Assembly (NCBI GenBank): GCA_014905635.1
Contig: JABVCE010000016.1
Location: forward strand, 310,001 to 374,000
From: Scenedesmus sp. PABB004
Taxonomy: Eukaryota
Length of the DNA stretch: 64,000 nucleotides
Reading direction: 5' to 3'
Shown: positions 23,354-35,817 of the stretch, piece after piece
Position numbering within the stretch: the stretch's first letter is position 1
Layout: each line of letters starts with the position of its first letter
Translations under genes and position numbers: made by a program
The notes under the pieces: model-generated
What the model was told of the DNA's origin: nothing
What the model saw: only the letters and a program-made list of their open reading frames with translations
Database searches by the model: none

Positions 23354-26300
23354 TCAGCCGACCAGGTCGCCCGGCGTGTCGTCGTCGAGGCCCGCATTGA
23401 GCATGCACAGCGTGACGAGGCGGTCACGCAGCTCGCCAAACACGCCCGCCAGCAGCACCGGCCGGTGCGCGGCGAGCAGCGCGCGCAGGCGGCCGAGCCC
23501 CGGCGCGCCGGCGTCGGACAGGCGCCGCAGCGCCGCCTGCGCGGCGAGGCGCGCGAGGCGCGCGGCCGACGCGCGGTGCCGCGACGCGAGCTCGAGCGCG
23601 ACGTCGAGCTGCGCGTCGTCGGCGGCCGCCGCGGCGATGAGCACATCCTCACACGCGACCTGCAGCCCGTCGACTTGCAGGAAGTCCGCCGCGACCCAGA
23701 GCTTGGCCGCCTGCGCGGGCGCAAAGCCGGCGAGGCCGCCCGTGTGCAGCCAGCGCACGAGGCAGGCGAGCACCCAGGCGTTGGCCTCGCCCGTGAAGTG
23801 CGGCGTCGACAGCACGGTCACGGGCGCGCCGCCGCGGCCCGCGTCGGCGCGCAGCATGCTGCCCAGCAGGCTGCTCGCGCCGCGGAGCCGCTTGAACGTG
23901 TCGCGGTCGACCGCCTGGCGCAGGCCGCCGCCAAAGTCAAACACCACGCGCGCGCGCCCGGCCGCGGGCGGCGCCGCGCCCGCGGGCAGCGGCGGCAGCG
24001 TGAGCTGGGCCGGCCCGGCCTCGCCGCCGCGGCGCGGCGCCGGCAGCGCCACGTCGGGCACAAGCCCCGCCAGCACGCTGCTGTACACGCCGCTCGCGTC
24101 CGGCGCCGCCAGCGCGGCGTCGAGCGCGCTGCCAGCGCTGCTGCTGGCGCTGCTGCTGGCGCTGCCGCTCGCGCTCGCGCCGTCCACGCTGTCGCCGCGC
24201 TCGAGCGCGACCGCCGCGAGCTGCAGGTCGCGCGACATGAGGTGCCCGACCAGCTCCAGCACCGCCGCGCACACCGGCGGCGGCGGCGCGTCGCCGGGCG
24301 CGTCCGCGAGCAGCAGCTCGTCGGCAAACGCGCTCAGCAGCTCGTCCAGGCGGCTGTGCTGCAGCAGCAGGCGGCAGGCGAGGACGTCGGTGTAGACGTC
24401 GTCACCACCCGCACCCGCGGGCGCCGCCGGCGCCTTGGCGCGCTGCGCCGCCGCCGTCCCGCCCGCGCGCGGCTGTGCCTCCGGCTCCGGCTCCGGCTGG
24501 ATCTCCCCGCCCGCGTCCGCGCCGCCGCCGGGCTGCGGCTGCTGCTGCTGCTGCTGCGCCGCCGCCGCCGGCGCGGGCGGGAGCTTGAGGTGCACCGGCG
24601 CGGGGATGGCCTGCGCGAGCGCGAGCGGCACGTCCAGCTCGTACGCAGCCTCCACCTCAGCCATGATCTCCTGCCCGCGGCTGGAGAGCAGCTGGCAGAC
24701 GAGCAGGCGGCCGAGCCGCGGCGCCGCGGCGCGCGCGACCGCGCCGACGAGCCGCTCCTCGATGAGGCCGCGCAGCAGCTCCGGCGCGCGCGCGGCCAGC
24801 AGGTAGTGGAGCTGGCCGGACACGAGGCCCGCGGCGCGCGCGCCGAGCTGCGGCGGGCGCGCGAGGAGGTGCGCGAGCCCGTGCAGCGACTCCGGCTGCA
24901 GCATGGCGTCCGCCGCCGCCGCCGCCGCCAGCTGCTCCGCCGCCGCCTGCTGCTGCTGCTGCTGCTGCTGCTGCGCCGCTGCCGCCGCCTCCTGGCCCCG
25001 CTGCATGAACAGGCCCAGGCAGGCGATCGCCACCCAGCCCGCCTCGGCGCCGCACTGCAGGCCTGCGAGGCCCGCCAGCAGCTCCACGCCGCCGGCGTCC
25101 GCGAGCGCGGCCGCGCACGCGGCGGCGCTGCTCGGCGCCGGCGCGGCGCTCTTGCTCGCGCTCGAGTGCCCGTCGCAGAGCACGAGCAGCGTCCACGCCA
25201 GGTTGCGGAGCACCGCCGACTTGGCCTCCGCGGGCACCGCGGGCGCGTCGAGCACGCGCCGCGCCGCGCCGGCCAGCGCGCGCACGAGCCGCGCGTCCAT
25301 GAGCGCTGCGCAGCACGCGGGCGGGCCGTGCGCGACCTGCAGCAGCACCCACGACGCCTGCAGCAGCGCCGGCGCGGCGCCCGGCAGCGCGTGCGCGGAG
25401 CGCTCCGCGGCGCCCGCGACCGCGGGCACGCCGCCCTGCGCCACCAGCTCGCACACGCTGACGGGGCTGCCGAACAGCTGCTCCGCGAGCCGGTGCAGCG
25501 CGGCGGCCTCGTCGGCGGCGCCCGCGCCGCCCGCGCCGACGCGGCCGAGCAGCGCGCGCACGCCCGCCTGGCACTCGGCCAGCCGCGCCGCCGCCTCGGC
25601 CTGCGCGGCGCGCTTCTGCACGCCCACGTCGTCCGCGTCGGGGTCGTCGCCCTCCAGCGCCGCCGGGTGGCCGAGCTCGCGGCCCTCCTTGGGCGCCGGC
25701 GGCGGCGCGAGCGCCGCGCGCACCGCGGCCGCCTGCTGCGCCACCGCGGCCGACTGGCACTCGCTGATGTACGCGCCCACCGGCGTTTGCCTGCGCGCGC
25801 GGCGCGGCGCGGCGTGGGCGGCGTGGGCCCCCGGGCGCCGCGGGCGCCGCCGCCGCGGCGCTGCGCGCGCGCCCCAGCGCGCGCGCGCCGGGCGCCGCCG
25901 CCGCCGCCGCGCACCGTGCCACGACGCGCGCGACCTGGCCGAGGCCGACGGACGCCGCCACGACCAGCCACACCTCTGCCAGGCTCGCCGCGCCGCGCGC
26001 CTCAAAGCCCGCCAGCCGGGCCGACATGAAGCGCCAGCTGCACGCCAGCAGCGTCCCCGACACCAGCAGCGCGACCTGCTGCGGCGGGCGCGCGCGGGCG
26101 GCGGCGGCGGCGGCGGCGTCGTAATCGGCGCGCCGCGCCGCTGCCGGCGCCGCGGGCGCGCCCCGCCCCACGGCCGCAGCCCCGGGCGGCGCGCGGTCCC
26201 CCGCGGCGCTCCGCGCGCCCGCAGCGGCCCGGGGGCCGGGGGCGCGGGGCCGTCAGGCGCCGCGGGGGTGCGGCCGCGCTTAGGGCGCCCCCGGGCGGCG

Positions 26301-26548
26301 CGCACGGCGCCCGCGCGCACCTGCGGCTCGCCGGGCGACGGCTCCACGGCCGCCAGCGTCGCCACAGCGCGCGCCAGGGCCGCGGCGGCCCCCGGGCGGC
26401 CGCGGCGCGACCCAGGCTTGCCGCACAAATCCCCGCCTGCGCGGCCGCGGGCGGCCGGGGCGACCCGTGAGCCGAGCGTCCCCGTGCATCGCTCGGGCGC
26501 CTGCACGGCGCTCCCCGCGGCCGCCGCACCTGGCGCGCTCGCCATCAT
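23354..26548 (-). CDS. Helical-repeat (ARM-like) protein with C-terminal BTB/POZ domain and N-terminal hydrophobic segments
   Basis: Three short 5' exons splice onto a long exon; LVRWLHTG...KLWVAADFLQVDGLQVACE is a BTB signature. Confidence 0.7.
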   Translation of the reverse strand: MMASAPGAAAAGSAVQAPERCTGTLGSRVAPAARGRAGGDLCGKPGSRRGRPGAAAALARAVATLAAVEPSPGEPQVRAGAVRAARGRPKRGRTPAAPDGPAPPAPGPLRARGAPRGTARRPGLRPWGGARPRRRQRRGAPITTPPPPPPPARARRSRSRCWCRGRCWRAAGASCRPGWRALRRAARRAWQRCGWSWRRPSASARSRASWHGARRRRRRPARARWGARAAPRRRRPRRPGAHAAHAAPRRARRQTPVGAYISECQSAAVAQQAAAVRAALAPPPAPKEGRELGHPAALEGDDPDADDVGVQKRAAQAEAAARLAECQAGVRALLGRVGAGGAGAADEAAALHRLAEQLFGSPVSVCELVAQGGVPAVAGAAERSAHALPGAAPALLQASWVLLQVAHGPPACCAALMDARLVRALAGAARRVLDAPAVPAEAKSAVLRNLAWTLLVLCDGHSSASKSAAPAPSSAAACAAALADAGGVELLAGLAGLQCGAEAGWVAIACLGLFMQRGQEAAAAAQQQQQQQQQAAAEQLAAAAAADAMLQPESLHGLAHLLARPPQLGARAAGLVSGQLHYLLAARAPELLRGLIEERLVGAVARAAAPRLGRLLVCQLLSSRGQEIMAEVEAAYELDVPLALAQAIPAPVHLKLPPAPAAAAQQQQQQPQPGGGADAGGEIQPEPEPEAQPRAGGTAAAQRAKAPAAPAGAGGDDVYTDVLACRLLLQHSRLDELLSAFADELLLADAPGDAPPPPVCAAVLELVGHLMSRDLQLAAVALERGDSVDGASASGSASSSASSSAGSALDAALAAPDASGVYSSVLAGLVPDVALPAPRRGGEAGPAQLTLPPLPAGAAPPAAGRARVVFDFGGGLRQAVDRDTFKRLRGASSLLGSMLRADAGRGGAPVTVLSTPHFTGEANAWVLACLVRWLHTGGLAGFAPAQAAKLWVAADFLQVDGLQVACEDVLIAAAAADDAQLDVALELASRHRASAARLARLAAQAALRRLSDAGAPGLGRLRALLAAHRPVLLAGVFGELRDRLVTLCMLNAGLDDDTPGDLVG

Positions 26549-26943
26549 CGCGCTGCGGGCGGGCTCCGCCCCGATCGGGCGCCGCCGCGCGGCCGCCACG
26601 AGTCGGCCTAGCTCCTCCTGGCCCCGAACGTCATGCCGCGAGCGCGCGGGCTGACCTCGCTCTACGCGCCGCGGGCCACCGCCACGGGCGGACTGCCGCG
26701 GGCCGCCGCGGGCGGACTGCCGCTCGCAAAGCTCTCTGCCGGCGCTGCCGGGGCGCTCGCCTCCGCTCCGGCCTCGCTCCCTCCGACACGACTGGGCGCC
26801 CGGGAGGCAGCGTTGGACAGAAGCAGCACTGTCATAGTGCCGAGCACGACAAGCCCGGCGCAACGCTCCACCGGCTCGCCAGCGCGACCGAACGCGCCCG
26901 CCGGACGGACGCCGCGCGCTGGCGAGCAGCCTGCCGCCACGCG

Positions 26944-27441
26944 ATGAGGCCCGCCGGCCTCGCGGCAGCCAGCCAGCGCGGCTGCGCAGCGGCAGGGACG
27001 CCCCGGCGATGCAGCAGCGCCGCCGCGCCGTGCGCCGCGCGCGGCCGCCGGCGCCGGCCCGCCGTCGCGCCCGCCGCTGCTGCCGCGGACGTCGGCGCGC
27101 CGCCGCCGGCCGCGGACGCGCCGGCAGCTGCGGCGGCGGCGCCGGAGGCTGACCCGGTGCGCTCTGTCTGCAATTGGCGCCGCCGCGCGGCCGGCCGGCC
27201 GGCAGGGGCGGCTCGCGGCCAGCCGTTGGCCGCCCCACACGCTGCCGCCGCCGCGCCGCGCCCCGCGCGCGCAGGCCGCCGACGCGCCGCCGGCGGCGCC
27301 GCCGGGCGGCGAGGCGGGCAAGGCGCGCGACGTGGAGGCGCTGGTGTCGCGCATCCGCGCCGAGGTGGCGCGGCGGCGCAACCTGGCCATCATCAGCCAC
27401 CCTGACGCGGGCAAGACGACCATGGTGCGGCGGGCGAGCCC

Positions 27442-27511
<70 letters not shown>

Positions 27512-30286
27512 GTGGCACAACCGCCGCCGCCGCCGCAACACACCCAGACGGAGAAGCTGCTCTTGTACGGCGGCGCCATCCACGAGGCGGGCGAGGTCAA
27601 GGCGCGCGCCAACGCGCGCTCCGCGACGTCCGACTGGATGGCGCTCGAGCGCAGCCGCGGCATCTCCATCAGGCGCGGCCACAGCTGCGCCGCGGCGCCG
27701 CCGCGCCACAGCTGCGCGCCGCCGCGGCGCCGCCGCCGCGCCGCGGCCCGCGCCCCGCCCGCTGCGCCGAGCGCGCCGCGGCGCCGCCCGCGCCGCGCCG
27801 CGCCGCGCAGCTCGACAGCAATGACGTGGGAATACCAGGGCTGCCAGCTCAACCTGGTGCGCCGGCGCCCCGCGGCCGGCGCGCCGCGCCGCCGCCCGCG
27901 GCGCGCGCCCGCCGCCGCCCTCTCTCTCCTCCCCCTTTGCCCTCTCTCGCGCACGCCGCTTCGCCCGCGCGCACACACTGGGCTCCGCCGCGCCGCCCGC
28001 GCCGCCCGCGCCGCGCCGCGCCGCGCCGCGCAGCTCGACACGCCCGGCCACCAGGACTTCAGCGAGGACACGTACCGCACCCTCGTGCGCGCCGCCCGCT
28101 GCCGCGGTCGCACGCTGCTGCGCCCGCGGTGCCCCCGGCCGCGAAGCGCGCGCCCCGCGCGCCGCGCCCGCCGCCGCGCCCGCCGCCCCGCGCAGGCGGC
28201 CGCGGACAACGCGGTGCTGCTCGTGGACGCGGCAAAGGGCATCGAGGCGCAGACGCGCAAGCTCTTTGCCGTCGCGCGCCTGCGCGGCCTCCCGGGTGCG
28301 CCGCCGCACGGTGGCGGCGCCGCCGCGGGCAGCGGGCAGCATGCGGCAGGCGGCAGGCCGCGCGCCAGGGGCCGCGGGCGGCCGCGCTGGGCCGCTCCGC
28401 GCGCGCCTCCCCGCTCCAGCCCCGGCGCCGGCGCTCACGCCGCGCCGCCCCGCTCCCGGCCGCCACGCTCACGCCGCCCCCGCCCCGCCCCCGCCCCCGG
28501 CCGCCCGCCAGTGTTCACGTTTGTCAACAAGCTCGACCGCCCCGCGCTCAACCCCTTTGAGGTCATCGAGCAGCTGGAGAAGGAGTTTGGCCTGGGCTCG
28601 TACCCCGTCACGTGGCCCATCGGCAGCGGTGCGTGCGGCACGCGCGGCGGCGCGCGGCGGCGCGCGGCGCGCGCGCCGGCAGCTCGCGCCGCTGCCTGCC
28701 CTCTCTGCCGACCCCCCGCCACGCCACCGACGCACCCGCAGGCGACCGCTTCTGCGGCATATACCACCGCCCGACCGGCCAGGTGCGCGGCCGGGACCAC
28801 GCCGCCGCCGCCGCCCCCGCGCGTCGCCTCCCCCTCCCCTCCCCGGAGCTCGCGCCCGCCGCCGCCCGCCGCCGCGCCGCCCCGCTCCTGCGCCGACGCT
28901 GCGCCCCGCCCGCGCCGCGCCGCGCCGCGCCGCGCTGGCCGCAGGTGCACATCTACGCCAAGGCCGCGCGCGGCAAGGGCGCGACGGCGGCGACGTACGA
29001 CCTGTCCGACCCCGCGCTGGAGGCCCTCGTCGAGCCAGACCTGCTGGAGGCGCTGCGCGAGGAGGTGGAGCTGCTGGAGGTGCGCCGCGCCGCCGCGGCG
29101 CCGCGCCCGCGGCGCCGCGCCCTCGGCCGCGCGCCGCGGCCCCTCAACGCGCCGCGCCGCCGCACGCCGCGCAGGTGCTCGGCGACGCGCCGAGCCGGGC
29201 CGACATCCTGTCTGGCGCGGTCACGCCGATGTATTTTGGCAGCGCGTTCAACAACTTTGGCGTCGATCTCTTCCTGCAGTCGTTCATACAGCTCGCCGCG
29301 CCGCCCGCGCCCGCGCTCGCGCGCGGCAACCCCGCCGCGCTCGCGCCGCTGCCTGACGGCGACGCCGGCGCCGACGCGAGCGCGAGCGGCGGCGCGAGCG
29401 CCGGCACCAGCGGCAGCTCGAGCGGCGGCAGCGTGCTCGGCCGCGTGTCGCCGGAGAGCCAGCACTTCAGCGGCCTCGTGTTCAAGCTCATGGCCAACAT
29501 GGACCCCAAGCACAGAGGCGTGCCGCCGCCCGCCGCCGCGCGCGCCCGGCGCTGGCCCGCCCTCGCCCGCCCTCGCGCGCCGACGCCCGCGCCGTGCCGC
29601 GCGCCTGCGCCCGCCCGCGCGGCGCGCCGGCCCACTCGCCGACGCCCGCCGACGCCGCGCGCCGACGCCCGTGCCGCGCAGACAAGGTCGCGTTTGTGCG
29701 CGTGGTGTCGGGGCAGTTTGAAAAGGGCATGAAGGTCAAGGTCGCGCGCACGGGGCGGTGCGCACGCTGCGCGCGCTGCGCACGCGCTGCGCACGCGCTG
29801 TGCACGCGCTGTGCACGCTGCGCCCGCGCCCGCGCGCGCGGCCCCCCTCGTCCCTCGCCCGCCCTGCCTCCCGCGGCGCGCGGGCGCGGCCCTCCCCGCC
29901 CCGTGCCCGCCCCGACCGCCGGCCGCGGCGTGCGCGCGCGCGCGCGCGCGCGCGCGCCCGCGCCGCAGGGTCGTGTCGCTGAGCCGGCCGCAGCAGATGT
30001 TTGCGCAGTCGCGCGCGACCGTGCAGGAGGGCTTTGCGGGCGACGTGATCGGGCTCACCAACCCGGGCGCGTTTGCCATCGGCGACACGCTCTATGCCGG
30101 CCCCGAGCTCGCCTTCCCGCCCATCCCCTCGTTCAGCCCTGAGCTCTTCGCGTTCTTGCGCTGCCCGCCCAACCAGAAAAAGGCGTTTGCAAAGGCGCGG
30201 CGTGGCGCGGCGTGCCAGCGCCAGCGCCGAGCGGCGGGCCGGCGCCGCGGCGGCGTGAACGTGCCGCCGCCGCCGCCGACGACACG

Positions 30287-30336
<50 letters not shown>

Positions 30337-31048
30337 TGCAGGGCGTGGAGGGGCTGCTCGGCGAGGGCGCGGTGCAGGTGCGCGCGCGGCGGCCAGCCCG
30401 CCGCGCGCTCGCGCACGGCGCTGAGCACTCGCGCGCGCTCTCTCCACGCACGCACACACTCACTCAACGCACTCGACACGCTCAACACACGCGCGTGCCC
30501 TCCTGCGCGCCCCCCCCCCCCCCCCCACACACACACACTCTCGCACACACCCACCCACCCACCCACCCACACACATCAACCCGCAACCCCAGGTGCTCTA
30601 CAGCCGCGACGAGTACATCACCGACCCCATCCTCGCCGCGGTGGGGCAGCTGCAGTTCGAGGTCGTGCAGTTCCGCATGCGCGACGAGTACGGCGTCGAC
30701 ACGACGCTCGAGCCGCTGCCCTACGCGCTCGCGCGCTGGGTGCTCGGCGGCTGGCCCGCCGTGTCGGCCGCGGGCCGGCTGTTCAACACGACCGCGGTCA
30801 AGGACGCGTGGGGCCGGCCGGTGCTGCTCTTCCGCAACGAGTTCGCGTTCAAGCAGGCGCGGCGCGCGGCGCGGCGGCAGCGCGGCGGCAGTGCGGGGCG
30901 GGGGCGGCGCGGGGCGCGGGGGCTGCGCGCACGGCGCCGCGCTGCGCCGACGCGCGCGACGCGCGCCCGCGCGCCGCCGCAGGTCATTGCGGAGCAGGGC
31001 GAGAAGCTTGGAGAGCTGAGCGAGTTCGCGCAGCCGCCGGACAGCTGA
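26944..31048 (+). CDS. prfC: Bacterial-type peptide chain release factor 3, organelle-targeted, about 15 exons
   Basis: [92 protein letters not shown]; Ala/Arg-rich transit-like N-terminus. Confidence 0.93.
27443..27511. repeat. (GCC)n intronic trinucleotide repeat
   Basis: Long uninterrupted ccgccg run inside a prfC intron. Confidence 0.9.
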
Positions 31049-31461
31049 GCGCGCGCGCGTGCGGCGGTGAAACGCAACGAGCTGCGCCGGGGCTCAGCGC
31101 CGCCGGGGCTCAGCGCCGCCGCAACGCGGGTCCGCCCAGCAGCCCCAGGTCGAGAAGCCCCACCGCACCCGGGCGTCGGCGCGCCGCGGCCGCGATCCGT
31201 TGCCGCGAGAGAGCCGGTGTTCGCCCTGCGGTCGTTGCTGCCGCCCGTCCGCGCGCTCCAGCCGCTGCCGTGAGCGCTGGTGAGGGTGCAGCGGGGCTTC
31301 TGGGACGTCCTCACGCCGCGGCGCGGCCAGACGCGCGGCCTGCGCGCAGCGGGACCGAGGCAGCAGCGCCGCGCTGGTGGCGGCCCGCCGCCGCGGGCCT
31401 GCGCGCCAGCGGGGGCTGCTGCCGCGCCTGACCTGCCGCCCTCTCCCCCTCATCGCCAGCA

Positions 31462-32913
31462 ATGGCCGTCCGGTCGCTCAAGTACCTCGTGGGTGAGCGA
31501 CAGCGCTGCGTGCAGCACGCACGCGCGCCGCCGCCGTTGCCCGCGCCCCGCTGAACGCCCGCTGCTGCGCGCCGCGCAGTGGACAACGTGGTGGATGACG
31601 TGCCCGACGGCGCGCCCGAGATCGACGCGCCGCTGGGCAGCGCGGCCGACGTCGCCGCCGCGCTCGGCCGCGTCGGCGTTCCCCCGGGGCCGACATCTAC
31701 CTTAAGGTGCGACCATCCCATGGGGGCCCTGGGCCGCGCCGCCGGGCTGGGCCTGGCGCGCGCGCCTCGAGCTCCGCCCGCCCCCGACCGCGCGGCGCGG
31801 CGCAGACGTTCAGGCCGGACGGCTCCGCGCGCTGGCAGCCGCTGTCGACGGTCGCCGCGCTGCCCGAAGTGCCGGTGCTGGTGGCCAAGGTGGTGCGCGG
31901 CCGAGGTGAGTCGGAGCCCTGCGCGAGGGCGGGCCCGGCCTGGGTGGCGCGCACGCGCCCGAGCAGCAGCGCCCGCGCGCCTCGCCGCGGCCGCCGCAGG
32001 CCCCGCCGCGCCGCGCCCCGCGGCGGGCTCGCCCTACGCCGGCGCCGCGCCGCAGCCCGCGCACACCGCGGCCGCGGCCGCCGCCGGCGGCGCCGCCGGC
32101 GGCGCCGTCGGCGGTGGCGGCAGCCACGGCGTGGGCCGCGTGCTGGGGGGGCTCCTCAAGAAGCTGGTCGTCGGCAGCGGCAGCAGCAGCGCCGGCGCGG
32201 GCGGGCGGCCCGTCGCGATGCACGCCGGCGGCGCCGGCATGGCCGGCGCGGGCATGGCGGGCGGCGGCTTTGGCCGCGTGGGCGGGGCGGGCGGCTTCTA
32301 CAGGCGCGGGGGCGCCGCTGCCTCGCCGGCCCGCCGGCCGCGGCCGCGCCGCGGGCCGGCGCGGCGCCCGCGCCGCGGGCCGGCGCGGCGCCCGCGCCTT
32401 GCCGCGCGCCGGCCTCACCCCGCCCTGCCCCTGCCCGTACCGGCCGGCAGGGAGGATGATGAGTACGAGCGCGCCGTGAGGGAGCAGCAGGCGCTGGAGG
32501 AGCTCGAGGCCCGCCGCGCGGCGGGCGAGGCCGGCGAGGGCGGGTGGCAGACCATGGACAACAACCTCGGCCCGGAGCCGGACGGCGGCGGCGGCGGGTG
32601 GCAGACCATGGACAACACGGTCGGCCCGGAGCCGGACGGCGGCGGCGACGGCGACTTCGGCGCGCAGGAGGAGCAGGCGTTTGAGCCGGAGGAGGCGGCC
32701 GAGGCGGTACGCCGGCGGCTGCGGGCTGCGGCGGGCGGCAGCGCCGCGCCGCGCCGCGCCGCGCGCCGCCCACGCGCGCCGCCGCGCGCCGCGGCGCGCG
32801 CAGGAGGAGGGCGGCGGCGGCTGGGTGGAGATGGACAACTCGCCAGCCGACGACGGCGGCGGCTTTGACAATGACGGCGGCTTTGACAACGACGGCGGCG
32901 GGGACAACGAGTG
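31462..32913 (+). CDS. Hypothetical protein with acidic Gly-rich C-terminal GGWxxMDN repeats
   Basis: Exons MAVRSLKYLV / VDNVVDDVPD / TFRPDGSARWQ ...; GGWQTMDN twice, then GGWVEMDN; stop TGA at about 32911-32913. Confidence 0.6.
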
Positions 32914-33175
32914 ACGGCGGGCGCTGCTGGCGTGCGGGCGCTGGGCGGGGTGCTGCGGGGGGCCGCCCGTGATCGGCGGCTGAGTCACGGCTGCGCATTT
33001 GATGCGTCGTGCGGCCGCATGGCCGCGACCCCAACGAATGCGCGTTCCCGGCTGAGGCCGGCGGGCGGGCGGGCGGTAAAGACCTGGTCTCACACGCGTT
33101 ACCGTTGCTCCTGCGGCGCCCGCGCCGGCCCACGCGCGGGCCCGAGCGCCGCCGCCGCCGCCGCGTCCGCTGCGC

Positions 33176-34872
33176 TCAGCGGTTGGCCTTGGCCACGCGC
33201 TCGATCTCGTCCTTCTTCTTGATTGCAAAGCTGCGGGGAGGCGGCGGCGGCGGCAGCGCGGCAGCGGCCCGCGTCGGCGCGCGCGCGCGCGCGGGGCGGG
33301 CGGGCCACAGCGCGCCGCGGCCCTCGCTGCCGTCCGTGCGCGGGCCCCGCGCGGCGCGGCGGTGCCGGCGGCGGCGGTGCGGCGCGCGGTGCCGGCGGCC
33401 GCGCCTGTTGCTGGAGCCCTTGGCCGCGTTCATGAGCTCGTCGGCGAGGCACTCGCTGATGGTCTTCACGTTGCGGAACGCCGCCTCGCGCGCGCCCGTG
33501 GTGAGGAGCCAGATCGCCGAGTTGACGCGGCGCAGCGGCGAGATGTCCACCGCCTGGCGGCGCACCACGCCGGCGGAGCCGATGCGCGTGGCGTCCTCGC
33601 GCGGCCCGCTGCGGGGGCGGGGCGGGGGCGGGCGTGTCGGCGCGAGCCGCCGCCGACTGCTGCTGCCGGCCGCTGCTGCCGCTGCCGCTGCCGCCGCCGC
33701 TGCTGCTGCCGCCGCTGCCGCTGCCGCGGCGCTGCCGCCGCTGCGCCGCTGCGCCGCCGGCCGGCCGAGCGCGCGCGCGCGCCTGTTGATGATGGCGTCC
33801 ACCAGGATCTGGATGGGGTTCTGGTCGGTGAGCAGGTGGACAATGTCAAACGCGTGCTCCACGATGCGCACCTGCGGCAGGCGGGGGCGCGGCGGGACGG
33901 GGCGCGCGCGCGCTCAGCCGCGCGGCGCGCGGGGGCACGGGCGCCTGCGCCCGCCGCCGCGGCTGCCGCCGCTCCAGGCGCCCGGGGCTGCCGCTCCAGC
34001 CGCCACTGCCGTCGCGCCCGCGCCGCCGCCCGGCGCGCGGCATGCAGCGGCGCGCGGCGCGAGCGTGCGCAGCATGCCGTCCGTCGCGCATCTGCGCGCG
34101 CGCCGCTGTCGCTGCTGCCCCTGCCGTCTCTGCTGACGCTGCCGTCTCCGCTGACGCTGCCTCCGCATGCGCAGCCGTGCGGCTGCTCCGCCTGCCAGGC
34201 CTGCTGCTGCCGCTCCCTCCCGCCCCGCCGCGTCCGCAGCAGCGCCGCCGGCCGCGTCGCGCTGCACCGCCCGCTGCCGCCGCCGCCGCCGCCGCAGCCG
34301 CCGCTCCACGCACCGCCATGAGCTTCTTGCCGTTGTTGCGGCCGTGCATCATGATGGAGTTGGTGAGCCTGCGGCGCCGCGCGCGCGCCGGGCGGCGGTG
34401 GGCCGCCGGCAGCAGCAGCGCGCCGCCGGCCGCCGGCCGTCGGCCGTCGATCGCGGCCCGCGCCACGCCGGCGGCGCGCCGGCGGCGCTGCTGCGGGCCC
34501 CCGGGGCGCACCGCTCCACGATGGGGCACAGCGCCTTGCGGAAGCGCCGCTTCTGGTAGCGGCCCGCGGTGTGGGGCACATAGACGGCAAACTTGGGCTT
34601 CACCGCGATGTAGTCCTCCAGGGCGATGTCGCTGACCTGTGGGACCCGGCCGGCGGGGCGCCGGGTCGGGCGCGGCGCCCAACGCGCCTCGCCACCGCGC
34701 CGCTGCTGCATCAGAGCGCCCGCCGGCCCCGCGCCGGGCGCCGCCGCCGCCGCCGGCCCGCCAGCGAGCCGTTCGGGCCTCCCGCCATGACCGCGCCCCC
34801 CCGGGCCCGCACCTCGATGTCCTCGAAGCTCCACTTGCCGAACAGCTTCACGTCCACCGGGGCGCCCGCCAT
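33176..34872 (-). CDS. RPS5: 40S ribosomal protein S5 (uS7), 6 exons
   Basis: [80 protein letters not shown]. Confidence 0.97.
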
Positions 34873-34910
34873 CTTGACGAGCTGGACGGCTACGCTCCGC
34901 GGCCGGCTGC

Positions 34911-34918
34911 AAAGAGGG
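34911..34918 (-). promoter_or_regulatory. TCT/5'TOP-like pyrimidine motif upstream of RPS5
   Basis: CCCTCTTT about 40 nt upstream of the ATG; a similar motif lies upstream of RPS19. Confidence 0.45.
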
Positions 34919-35817
34919 CCCGCCGAGGGGCGGCGGCCGGGCTACAGTCGGCGCCTAAGACACGAACCCCGATGGCCGCAGCGAGAGCCGCCGGCACGTC
35001 CCTCGCCCCCGCCACACGCTGCCGCGACGCCCTGATCGCGCCGCGCCCATTGCGTGGCCAGCGCGCGCTGCAGCAGGCCTGGGGGCGCCTCAGCCGGCCG
35101 GCGGCGGCCGGCCGGCGCCGCGTCGTGCTGGCCCCCTGCGGCGCGCCCCGCGCCTGGCAACGGGCGCTGCGTCACACAGCCGGGCGGTCGCGCGACCCGG
35201 CAGCGCCGGCGCCCGCCGCGCAGCCGGCCGGGCGGCAGCAGCGGCGCCGGCGCGCGGCTGACTGCTGCTGGTGCGCGCAGGTGTCAGCTCTGCTGCCTGC
35301 CTGGGCTCTGCTGCTGAGCGGCACACTGCCAGCCACGCCGGCGGCGGAGCTCAGCTCAGCTCAGGGCATGACGCTGCGCCCACGCCGGTCAGCGCGGCGC
35401 CCGGCCCGTCGGCAGCCGAGCGCTGCGCCGCCGCCCGCCTGCGGCGCCTGCGAGAGTTCCCGCGAGCTCCTGCCAGCCCGGCTGCTGATCACCGGCGCGT
35501 CCCCGCGTCGGCGGCGCTCGGGGTGGCCGCTGCCGTCGCCGCGTCGGCAGCGGCGCGCGGCGCGGCGCGGCCTCCCCAGCTGTGCTGCTCGCTGCTGCAG
35601 CTCCAGCAGACCACGCTCCGGCTTGTTTGACACCACGCCGCGCCGGCTCGCGTCGGCTTCGCGCCCGCCCGTCTACTGCGCCAACTGGCTGGGCTCGCCG
35701 CGCCGCGCACGCTCGCCCCCGCTCTCCGCGCGGCACAGCCGTTCCTCCTGCGCCGCCAGCGCCCCGTTTGCGCGCCAGTCAGCGCGGGTGGCCTTCAAAA
35801 CCGGCCTGGCAGGCGGC

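Noticed and set aside
22934..28438. Very long ORFs (1031 aa and 1694 aa) and many overlapping Arg/Ala/Pro-rich ORFs
   Set aside because: Stop codons are scarce at this GC content; these ORFs are antisense shadows or read through introns
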